From contig JAZNDP010000015.1 of NCBI GenBank assembly GCA_045588165.1, positions 12,214-76,213 on the forward strand: a stretch of DNA of 64,000 nucleotides. Direction: 5' to 3'. A program made the position numbers and the translations under genes. This document shows, piece after piece, positions 9,995-17,887 of the stretch. The stretch comes from Eubacteriales bacterium. Lineage in GTDB: Bacteria; Bacillota; Clostridia; Oscillospirales; CAG-272. The notes beneath the pieces are model-generated. The model made no database searches. It was not told where the DNA came from and saw only the letters and a list, made by a program, of their open reading frames with translations. Within the stretch, counting starts at the first letter, position 1; each line of letters starts with the position of its first letter.

Positions 9995-10728
9995 TGAATC
10001 GGTATTTTTACGATTTTCATATTCATTCTTGTCTCTCACCTTGCGCGGATGACGATATGACCCCCAATAATATTGCCGGAATGGCGGCAATAAAGGGACT
10101 TCAGATTTTGGCGCTGACCGACCATAATTCCTGCAAAAACTGTCCCGCCTTTTTTGAGGCGTGCCGCAGACAGGGAATCGTTCCAATCGCCGGAATGGAA
10201 TTGACCACCGCCGAGGACATTCATCTGATCTGTCTGTTTGAGGAGCTCGCGCAGGCAATGGCATTTGACAAGGAGATTGCGGGACATATTCTTCCCGTTA
10301 AAAACCGTCCCGATATTTTCGGCAACCAATGGATCTTGGACGAAAATGACGAAATCAAAGGGGAAGAGGAGATCCTGCTGATCTCTGCTACGGATCTTTG
10401 GGTGCGGGAAGCCACTGAGCTTGCCAGATCCTTTGGCGCACACGTTCATCCCGCCCATATTGATCGGGAATCCAATGGAATGATTGCTATTCTGGGAGAT
10501 ATTCCGTCGGAATACGGATTTGTTTTTTATGAATTAAACGATCAATCCAATTTGGAATCCTATCAGAATCGATTTCCATATCTATCATCGGAAAATGTTT
10601 TGGTGTGTTCCGACGCACATCAGCTTTGGACCATCAGCGAGGCAGAGCATTTTATCATGATTGAGGACGAGCCATACAGCTCGGCATTGGTCAGGCACCG
10701 TTTATTTGAGTATTTGAACCGTGACTGA
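9991..10728 (+). CDS. PHP-family metal-dependent phosphoesterase
   Basis: PHP motifs DFHIHS, LTDHN and HPAHIDR. ATG 9991 (ATGA overlap with the DRTGG stop) is preferred over ATG 9970. Confidence 0.8.
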   Translation: MMNRYFYDFHIHSCLSPCADDDMTPNNIAGMAAIKGLQILALTDHNSCKNCPAFFEACRRQGIVPIAGMELTTAEDIHLICLFEELAQAMAFDKEIAGHILPVKNRPDIFGNQWILDENDEIKGEEEILLISATDLWVREATELARSFGAHVHPAHIDRESNGMIAILGDIPSEYGFVFYELNDQSNLESYQNRFPYLSSENVLVCSDAHQLWTISEAEHFIMIEDEPYSSALVRHRLFEYLNRD

Positions 10729-10794
10729 TCGGATTTTCAATGAATTTATTTTACAATAAATAAATTAAAATAAACACGGAGGATTTTTTTCAAC

Positions 10795-11289
10795 ATGAAA
10801 AAGAATTTGACCACAGTTATGTTCCGTGGTACAAAGGCTCAGGAAGAACAGCTGGACGCTGTCATTGAGCAGTACCGCGACACACCGGGTGCGTTGATGC
10901 CTGTACTGCAAAAGGCTCAGGATATTTACGGATATCTGCCTTTGGAGGTTCAGCGTATGATCGCTCTCAAAATGGGAATCTCCATGGAAGAGGTATACGG
11001 TGTATCCACCTTCTATTCCCAGTTTGTTTTGAACCCCAAGGGTGAAATCGCCATTGCGGTTTGTCTTGGAACAGCATGCTATGTAAAGGGAAGCGGAGAA
11101 ATTTTGGACAAGATCACCCAGATTCTCGGACTGCCCTCCGGTTCCACCACGCCTGACGGGAAGTATTCCTTGGAAGCAACCAGATGCATCGGTGCTTGCG
11201 GACTTGCTCCCGTGTTGACGATCAACAATGAGGTGTACGGAAGACTGACTCCCTCCGACATGGACGAAATTCTTGCAAAATACAAATAA
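10795..11289 (+). CDS. hydC: NuoE-like [2Fe-2S] subunit of NAD(P)-linked [FeFe]-hydrogenase (HydC)
   Basis: 164 aa. Thioredoxin-like [2Fe-2S] Cys pattern CLGTAC ... CIGAC. Lies in an operon with NuoF-like and HydA genes. Confidence 0.9.
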   Translation: MKKNLTTVMFRGTKAQEEQLDAVIEQYRDTPGALMPVLQKAQDIYGYLPLEVQRMIALKMGISMEEVYGVSTFYSQFVLNPKGEIAIAVCLGTACYVKGSGEILDKITQILGLPSGSTTPDGKYSLEATRCIGACGLAPVLTINNEVYGRLTPSDMDEILAKYK

Positions 11290-11298
11290 TCAACTCGT

Positions 11299-11847
11299 AT
11301 GAAGGAATTATCTTTAAATATTCTTGACGTAGCAAAGAACTCGGTTGTAGCGGGTGCGTCCTTGATCACGATTTCCTTGGATACCGATGAAAACGGATGG
11401 TTGACACTGAAAATCGTGGACGACGGTTGCGGCATGAGTGAAGAAATCTTGCGTCACGTAACCGATCCGTTTTATACTACACGAACCACACGCAAGGTCG
11501 GTCTTGGTTTGCCGTTACTGAAACTGGCGGCAGAGCAAACCGGAGGATATCTTCGGATGGAATCTTCCACCCAAGAGGGGGAAAGTGGGACGTCCTTGGT
11601 AGCGCAATTCAATACAAAAAGCATTGACTGTATGCCCCTCGGGGACATTATTTCAACTGTTTGCATTCTGATTGCGGGAAGTCCGGATATTGATTTTGAT
11701 TTTTCGGATACTTCCAAGGAAAGATCGGTATCATTGAAAACAAAGGAGCTTCGAGCGGTGCTTGGAGAGGGGATTTCTCTCGCGGAGCCGGAAGTTCAAG
11801 CTTGGATCGGAGAGTATTTGAAGGAGCAATATACTTTAATCGGTTAG
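11299..11847 (+). CDS. Histidine-kinase-like ATPase domain protein without DHp, receiver or sensor domains
   Basis: 182 aa. N-box LNILDVAKNS, G1 DDGCGM, FYTTR, G2 GLGLPL. No phospho-accepting His domain is visible. Confidence 0.75.
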   Translation: MKELSLNILDVAKNSVVAGASLITISLDTDENGWLTLKIVDDGCGMSEEILRHVTDPFYTTRTTRKVGLGLPLLKLAAEQTGGYLRMESSTQEGESGTSLVAQFNTKSIDCMPLGDIISTVCILIAGSPDIDFDFSDTSKERSVSLKTKELRAVLGEGISLAEPEVQAWIGEYLKEQYTLIG

Positions 11848-11881
11848 GATAAATTTTTCAAAATTAGATGGAGGAATCATT

Positions 11882-12256
11882 ATGAAATCTTTGGCGGAGC
11901 TTGCCGCAATCAGAGAAAAAATGCAGAGCAAGGTTGTGATTCGTGAAGGCGCGGCTACAATGAGAGTCGTTGTTGGCATGGCAACCTGCGGAATCGCTGC
12001 GGGAGCCAGACCGGTTCTCAAAGCGTTTGTTGACGGAGTCAACAAAGGTGAACTGACCGATAAGGTCACCATCACCCAGACCGGTTGTATCGGTATTTGT
12101 CAGTATGAGCCCGTAGTAGAAATCTTCGAAGAGGGTAAGGAAAAGGTTACATATGTCAAGCTGGATGCCGAAAAGGCTGCGGAGATTGTTGAAAAACATT
12201 TGAAGGGCGGACAGGTCGTGACCGAGTACACCATCGGCTCCTACAAGCAAAGCTAA
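11882..12256 (+). CDS. Thioredoxin-like ferredoxin-fold small subunit (HydD-like)
   Basis: 124 aa. Motifs MATCGIAAGA and TGCIGICQYEP. Only three Cys in total by my count, so the usual 4-Cys [2Fe-2S] ligand set is incomplete. Confidence 0.65.
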   Translation: MKSLAELAAIREKMQSKVVIREGAATMRVVVGMATCGIAAGARPVLKAFVDGVNKGELTDKVTITQTGCIGICQYEPVVEIFEEGKEKVTYVKLDAEKAAEIVEKHLKGGQVVTEYTIGSYKQS

Positions 12257-12288
12257 GCCTCAATAGAACATAAGAAAGGACAAAGAAT

Positions 12289-14085
12289 ATGTTTAGATCA
12301 CATGTTTTGATTTGTGGCGGTACCGGTTGTACGTCTTCCAACAGTCTCAAGATTCAGGAAGAAATGAACAAGGAGCTCCTTGCCGCAGGTCTTGAAAATG
12401 AGGTCAAAGTCGTCCTGACCGGATGCTTTGGTCTGTGCGCTCTGGGACCGATCATGATCGTATATCCCGAGGGAACCTTCTACAGCAACGTAAAACCCGA
12501 GGATGCTCGCGAGATCGTTCAGGAACATCTGCTGAAGGGTCGTCCTGTGGAAAGACTCGTTTACCACGAGACAACGAGTGAGGACACGCATCATGCGACC
12601 TCTCTCTCCGAAACCACCTTCTATAAGAAGCAGAAGAGAATTGCTCTGTGGAATTGCGGTGTGATCAATCCCGAAAATATTGATGAGTATATCGCAATGG
12701 ACGGTTATCGTGCGTTGGGTAAGGTCCTGACCGAGATGACTCCCGACGACGTAATCCAGACCATTCTGGATTCCGGACTCCGCGGAAGAGGCGGCGGCGG
12801 ATTCCCCACGGGACTGAAGTGGAAGTTTGCTTCTGGCAACCGCGGAAACGTAAAGAAATACGTCGCTTGTAACGCCGATGAGGGTGACCCCGGCGCGTTC
12901 ATGGACCGTTCCATTCTGGAGGGTGACCCCCACGCGGTTCTGGAGGCTATGGCGATCGCAGGTTACGCCATTGGCGCTGACGAAGGTTATATTTACGTTC
13001 GCGCGGAGTATCCCATTGCAATTCACCGTCTGGAGATTGCCATCAAGCAGGCTCGTGAATACGGTCTGTTGGGTAACGATATTTTTGGAACAGGCTTCAA
13101 TTTTGATATTCAGCTTCGCTTCGGCGCCGGCGCGTTCGTATGCGGTGAGGAAACCGCGCTGATGACCTCCATCGAGGGTAATCGCGGTGAGCCCCGTCCC
13201 CGTCCTCCGTTCCCCGCAGTAAAGGGTCTGTTCGGACAGCCTACGGTTCTGAACAACGTAGAGACCTACGCAAATATTTGCCAGATCATTCTGAACGGTC
13301 CCGAATGGTTTGCTTCCATGGGTACTGAAAAGTCCAAGGGAACCAAGGTGTTTGCTCTCGGCGGTAAGATCACGAATACGGGTCTTGTTGAAGTTCCTAT
13401 GGGAACAACCCTTCGTGAGGTTATTGAGGAGATCGGTGGCGGTATTCCAAATGGCAAGAAGTTTAAAGCGGCGCAGACCGGCGGTCCTTCCGGCGGATGT
13501 ATCCCCGCATCTCTGATTGATACTCCCATTGACTACGACAACCTGATCGCCATCGGCTCTATGATGGGATCCGGCGGTCTGATCGTTATGGACGAGAACA
13601 CCTGCATGGTAGACCTTGCTCGTTTCTTCCTTGATTTCACCGTGGACGAGTCCTGCGGTAAATGTACGCCTTGCCGTGTCGGAACAAGAAGATTGCTTGA
13701 GATCCTGGATAAGATCATCGCAGGAAACGGTGAGCTTGAAGATCTGGATAAGCTGGAGGAGCTCTCCAATTACATCAAGAGCGCGTCTCTTTGCGGTCTT
13801 GGTCAGACGGCGCCCAACCCCGTTCTTTCCACTCTCCGTTACTTCAGAGACGAGTACATAGCACATATCGTGGACAAGAAGTGTCCCGCAGGCGTATGTA
13901 AGAGCTTGCTGCAGTACAAGATCGATCCCGATAAGTGTAAGGGCTGTACGCTGTGCGCGAGAAAGTGTCCTGTGGGCGCTATCAGCGGTACCGTTAAGAA
14001 TCCTCACGTGATTGATACCGCAAAGTGTATCAAGTGCGGCGCTTGTATGGACAGCTGTAAGTTCAACGCAATTTATAAGGAATAA
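12289..14085 (+). CDS. hydB: NuoF-like FMN/NAD(P)H-binding subunit of electron-bifurcating-type hydrogenase (HydB)
   Basis: 598 aa. N-terminal [2Fe-2S] (CGGTGC...CFGLC), GRGGGGFPTGLKW loop, CGKCTPCR cluster, and a C-terminal 2x[4Fe-4S] domain (CKGCTLCARKCP, CIKCGACMDSC). Confidence 0.93.
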   Translation: MFRSHVLICGGTGCTSSNSLKIQEEMNKELLAAGLENEVKVVLTGCFGLCALGPIMIVYPEGTFYSNVKPEDAREIVQEHLLKGRPVERLVYHETTSEDTHHATSLSETTFYKKQKRIALWNCGVINPENIDEYIAMDGYRALGKVLTEMTPDDVIQTILDSGLRGRGGGGFPTGLKWKFASGNRGNVKKYVACNADEGDPGAFMDRSILEGDPHAVLEAMAIAGYAIGADEGYIYVRAEYPIAIHRLEIAIKQAREYGLLGNDIFGTGFNFDIQLRFGAGAFVCGEETALMTSIEGNRGEPRPRPPFPAVKGLFGQPTVLNNVETYANICQIILNGPEWFASMGTEKSKGTKVFALGGKITNTGLVEVPMGTTLREVIEEIGGGIPNGKKFKAAQTGGPSGGCIPASLIDTPIDYDNLIAIGSMMGSGGLIVMDENTCMVDLARFFLDFTVDESCGKCTPCRVGTRRLLEILDKIIAGNGELEDLDKLEELSNYIKSASLCGLGQTAPNPVLSTLRYFRDEYIAHIVDKKCPAGVCKSLLQYKIDPDKCKGCTLCARKCPVGAISGTVKNPHVIDTAKCIKCGACMDSCKFNAIYKE

Positions 14086-14097
14086 GAAAGGAGAACA

Positions 14098-15846
14098 GTG
14101 GACATGGAAACTATTAACGTTAAAATTAACGGCGTAGCCTATGCCGTTCCAAAGGGATCCACGGTTCTTGAGGCTGCAAGAGCGGCTAAAATAGATATCC
14201 CCACCCTTTGTTATCTGAAGGATATCAACGAGATCGGCGCTTGCCGTCTGTGTCTGGTTGAGGTATCCGAGGGAGGAAGACCCTTCCGTATGGTTACCGC
14301 GTGTGTATATCCCGTAACCGAGGGAATGGAGATCCTGACCAACACCCCCAAGATCAACAAATCCAGAAAGACCAATCTGGAGCTGTTGCTCTCCAACCAC
14401 GACAGAAAGTGTCTTTCTTGCGTTCGCAGCACAACCTGTGAGCTTCAGAAGCTCTCTCTGGAGTATGGTGTTGACGAAACGAAGTTCTCCGGCACGAAGA
14501 ATGAGTATAAGATTGACAAATCTTCTCCCATCATTCGCGATAACAACAAGTGTATCCTTTGCCGTCGTTGCGTTGCCGCTTGTAAGAATATGCAGGGAAT
14601 TGGTGTAATCGGCGCAAACGACAGAGGATTTGACACCCACATCGGATCGATCTTTGAGATGAGTCTGTCTGAGACCAGCTGTATCAACTGCGGTCTGTGT
14701 ATCGTAGCATGCCCCGTAGGCGCTCTGTATGAGAGAGATGATACCGATAAGATTCTGGATGCGATTGCAGATCCCAACAAGCACGTCTTGATTTGTACCG
14801 CTCCTTCTGTACGTGCGCAGATCGGTGAATGCTTCGGCTTCGAGCCCGGCACGGATTGCGAGGGTAAGATGGTTGCCGCGCTGAAGCGTCTGGGCTTTGA
14901 CGGTGTTTACGACATGAATCTGACGGCTGACCTGACGATCATGGAGGAGGCTACCGAGTTCCTCGGAAGAGTAAAGAACGGCGGCGTATTGCCCATGATT
15001 ACCTCTTGCTCTCCCGGTTGGATCAAATACTGTGAGCACTACTATCCCGAGTTTACCGAAAATCTTTCCACCTGTAAGTCTCCTCAGCAGATGTTTGGCG
15101 CAATTGCCAAGACCTATTATGCGGAGAAGATGGGCTGGAATCCCGAGGATATCTTCTTTGTTTCCGCAATTCCTTGTACCGCAAAGAAATTTGAGGTCGG
15201 CAGACCCGGACAGTCTGCGGCAGGTGTTCCTGACGTTGACGTTGCCGTTACGACCCGTGAGCTTGGCAGAATGATTGCCAAGGCAGGTATTGATTTCAAA
15301 TCTCTGGCTGATGAAGCATTTGATGATCCCTTTGCGTTCGGTAGTGGTGCTGGCGCGATCTTCGGTGCTACCGGCGGTGTTATGGAGGCAGCTCTGCGTA
15401 CCGCTGCGGAGGTAATTGAGAACAAGCCTCTGGAGAAGCTGGACTTTACCGAGGTTCGTGGTATTGAGGGCGTAAAGACCGCATCTTACAAGCTTGGTGA
15501 TATCACTCTGAACGTAGCGGTTGCTTCCGGTACTGCTAACGCGAAGAAGGTTCTCGAGGCAGTGAAGGCGGGTGAAATGAACGTTCAATTCATCGAGATC
15601 ATGGCATGTCCCGGCGGTTGTGTCAACGGCGGCGGACAGCCTATTCAACCCGCACTCGTAAGAGAAACCGTGGATCTGAAGACGGTCAGAGCGGCAGTTC
15701 TTTATAATGATGACGTGAACTGTGACATCCGTAAGTCTCACGAGAACTCCGGTGTAAAGAAGCTTTACGACGAGTTTCTTGGCGAGCCGAATAGCCACAA
15801 GGCACATGAGATTTTGCATACCCACTACGTAAAGCGCGGTCTGTAA
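14098..15846 (+). CDS. hydA: [FeFe]-hydrogenase catalytic subunit (HydA)
   Basis: 582 aa. N-terminal [2Fe-2S], H-x3-C-x2-C-x5-C cluster and 2x[4Fe-4S] domain. H-cluster motifs are L1 TSCSPGW, L2 IPCTAKKFE and L3 EIMACPGGCVNGGGQP. Start is GTG 14098 or ATG 14104. Confidence 0.93.
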   Translation: MDMETINVKINGVAYAVPKGSTVLEAARAAKIDIPTLCYLKDINEIGACRLCLVEVSEGGRPFRMVTACVYPVTEGMEILTNTPKINKSRKTNLELLLSNHDRKCLSCVRSTTCELQKLSLEYGVDETKFSGTKNEYKIDKSSPIIRDNNKCILCRRCVAACKNMQGIGVIGANDRGFDTHIGSIFEMSLSETSCINCGLCIVACPVGALYERDDTDKILDAIADPNKHVLICTAPSVRAQIGECFGFEPGTDCEGKMVAALKRLGFDGVYDMNLTADLTIMEEATEFLGRVKNGGVLPMITSCSPGWIKYCEHYYPEFTENLSTCKSPQQMFGAIAKTYYAEKMGWNPEDIFFVSAIPCTAKKFEVGRPGQSAAGVPDVDVAVTTRELGRMIAKAGIDFKSLADEAFDDPFAFGSGAGAIFGATGGVMEAALRTAAEVIENKPLEKLDFTEVRGIEGVKTASYKLGDITLNVAVASGTANAKKVLEAVKAGEMNVQFIEIMACPGGCVNGGGQPIQPALVRETVDLKTVRAAVLYNDDVNCDIRKSHENSGVKKLYDEFLGEPNSHKAHEILHTHYVKRGL

Positions 15847-15853
15847 AAGTGCG

Positions 15854-15884
15854 AAAGCCGTATGGGAAACCATACGGCTTTTTG
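15854..15884 (+). terminator. Rho-independent terminator of the hyd operon
   Basis: 12-bp stem AAAGCCGTATGG / CCATACGGCTTT, GAAA loop, then a T-run. Confidence 0.85.
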
Positions 15885-15916
15885 CTTCGATTGTATAGAA
15901 AGAAAAGGGAAATGAT

Positions 15917-16999
15917 ATGCATTTTATTACTCCTATTAACGGAACGATGATTCATCTGACCGATGAAAAAATTGTCAAGGGGCAAAATGTCGTCCACTGT
16001 GTCATCGATGCACCTGAATATTACAAGATCGAGATCAACGGAACACCGTGCATCTACCGTGCCGGACGTTGGTATTTGAGTGTTCCGCTTTTGGATAATA
16101 CCCTTGTTTTACAGGCGAAAAGCCTGACTACGGGAGAATGCATAGAAAGTACGGTTTATCGGCTATATACTCCCCGTAAAATATACCGTGTGTCTATTGA
16201 CGATGGAATATGGTTTTTACAGGATATCGCAAAAAATCAAGATCGGTACAAGAGTATTTTTGAAAATCCGTATTTAATGCTTTTGAGGCGGTTACATGAG
16301 GAATACGGAACAAAATTTCATATAAATATTTACAATGAATGTCCCGAGCACGGTGGTTTTCAGCTTTCTATGCTTTCCGACCGATTCAAGGACGAATGGC
16401 TCTCCGTGAACGATTGGGTGACACTGCATTTCCACGCGAAGGCGGATTCCCCCGGATATCCATATGCCACAGCCGACAGAAAAACCACCTATACGGAATG
16501 TAAGCAGGTCATGGATCAGATTGAACGCTTTGCGGGATACAGGGGCGCTGTTACAACCTTACACTTTGCGGAAACAACCGAAGAAGGTATCAGAGGCTTG
16601 TACGATTGCGGAGTAAGAGCGCTTCTTGGTGACTTTTCGCAAAGCAATGCAGGGAATATCCGGTTGTGTTATCAATCCAGCAGAGAGGAGTTTGATACGG
16701 TCCGTCGCTTTGGATTTTGGAAAAACCCAAGAACGGAAATGATCATGTTTTGTTGCGACACCGTATTGAACTGCGGATCACTTGATCAGATGAAGCAAGA
16801 ACTGGAGTGGTTTTCCTATCAGTACCCTGACCGTAGCTTTATGGATATTTTGATCCACGAGCAGTATTTTTACGAGGATTATCATCATTATCTTCCCGAT
16901 TATGAGAAGAGACTCAGAACAGGAATCGAATGGTGTATCCAACACGGATACACACCCGGTCTTGTCAAAGAGCTATTGGACGATCATTTGAGGAAATGA
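15917..16999 (+). CDS. Hypothetical protein (360 aa), function unknown
   Basis: Has its own RBS and is bounded by terminators. Only a weak NodB-like SIDDG element was noticed, which is not enough for an assignment. Confidence 0.4.
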   Translation: MHFITPINGTMIHLTDEKIVKGQNVVHCVIDAPEYYKIEINGTPCIYRAGRWYLSVPLLDNTLVLQAKSLTTGECIESTVYRLYTPRKIYRVSIDDGIWFLQDIAKNQDRYKSIFENPYLMLLRRLHEEYGTKFHINIYNECPEHGGFQLSMLSDRFKDEWLSVNDWVTLHFHAKADSPGYPYATADRKTTYTECKQVMDQIERFAGYRGAVTTLHFAETTEEGIRGLYDCGVRALLGDFSQSNAGNIRLCYQSSREEFDTVRRFGFWKNPRTEMIMFCCDTVLNCGSLDQMKQELEWFSYQYPDRSFMDILIHEQYFYEDYHHYLPDYEKRLRTGIEWCIQHGYTPGLVKELLDDHLRK

Positions 17000-17011
17000 T
17001 GCGACAGCTTT

Positions 17012-17044
17012 CTCCGTGCGGACATATGCCGCACGGAGTTTTTT
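17012..17044 (+). terminator. Rho-independent terminator
   Basis: 10-bp stem CTCCGTGCGG / CCGCACGGAG with a 7-nt loop, then TTTTTT. Confidence 0.8.
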
Positions 17045-17065
17045 ATAAAAGATTTAAGAAAAGAA

Positions 17066-17094
17066 TTGACAAGACTTTTTTGTTATGATATAAT
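17066..17094 (+). promoter_or_regulatory. Consensus sigma-A promoter
   Basis: TTGACA - 17 nt - TATAAT (both hexamers perfect), 40 nt upstream of ATG 17135. Confidence 0.65.
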
Positions 17095-17134
17095 TATATA
17101 AAGATAATTTTGTTTCATAGGACGAGGTGTTATA

Positions 17135-17794
17135 ATGAATCAAAGTAAGTTAAAACTTGTGTTTGGAATCGCCGGAATCGTTCTCGCAGTTGTTGCGATT
17201 GCACTCTTTTTCGTTGGTATTTTTGCAATTGATTTCGGGAATGCCGCAGTGGTAAAGATCATGGTCTTCATCATTTCTTTTCTTTGCCTTGCCTTGGCGG
17301 CAGAGTTGTTCTATTTGCTTTGGATCGAGAATGACAGCGCCCCCAACTACTTCTTGTATAATAGTCAAACCAAGAGAAACATTCCCGCCAATAAGCTGAC
17401 GATCCAAATCATTCACAGCAAAATGAATCGGTATTTGTCCGGCTTCGCTCCCAGCGAGGGAAAGCTTTGGACCGATAAGATTCTGGACAACCCTTACTTG
17501 GATATTGAGGACAAGTTCAAGCCCGCCGTCGCGTATAAGCTTCTGTACGATCTGGCAGAAAAGGACACCGAGCAAGCGTGGAAATGCTTTGAGCAGGCAT
17601 CTGAGGAGACGGTGGAATTCCTTTGCTCCGCATTGGAGATGAATTACGATACGGATATGGCAAGAACCCTGCGCCAGATGAAGGGATCTAATCCCTTGAA
17701 TTTGAAGCTGGTGAGAGACTATATTGTGAAAAACAGAAATTATCTGAAGGGCAAGTTGTGTCGGTATATTTACGATAACATTCAATTGTTCTGA
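17135..17794 (+). CDS. Membrane-anchored hypothetical protein (2 N-terminal TM helices plus soluble C-terminal domain)
   Basis: 219 aa. Hydrophobic stretches at about residues 9-30 and 37-62. I recognised no motif. Confidence 0.5.
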   Translation: MNQSKLKLVFGIAGIVLAVVAIALFFVGIFAIDFGNAAVVKIMVFIISFLCLALAAELFYLLWIENDSAPNYFLYNSQTKRNIPANKLTIQIIHSKMNRYLSGFAPSEGKLWTDKILDNPYLDIEDKFKPAVAYKLLYDLAEKDTEQAWKCFEQASEETVEFLCSALEMNYDTDMARTLRQMKGSNPLNLKLVRDYIVKNRNYLKGKLCRYIYDNIQLF

Positions 17795-17819
17795 TTTCAT
17801 TCTGTTTTGTGTCGTTTGC

Positions 17820-17858
17820 AAATACCATGCCACAAAACGGCATGGTATTTGTTCTTTT
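17820..17858 (+). terminator. Probable terminator
   Basis: 12-bp stem AAATACCATGCC / GGCATGGTATTT with a 7-nt loop and an interrupted T-run. Confidence 0.6.
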
Positions 17859-17887
17859 ATATCAAATGTTCGGAAAAGGAGTTTTTT

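Noticed and set aside
12298-15873. 1191-aa minus-strand ORF, the longest ORF in the window, considered as a real gene.
   Set aside because: It is exactly codon-aligned antisense to hydB and hydA, which have unmistakable conserved motifs. Its translation is low-complexity with no recognisable domain, and it has no RBS. It is explained by the absence of TTA/CTA/TCA codons in highly biased sense genes.
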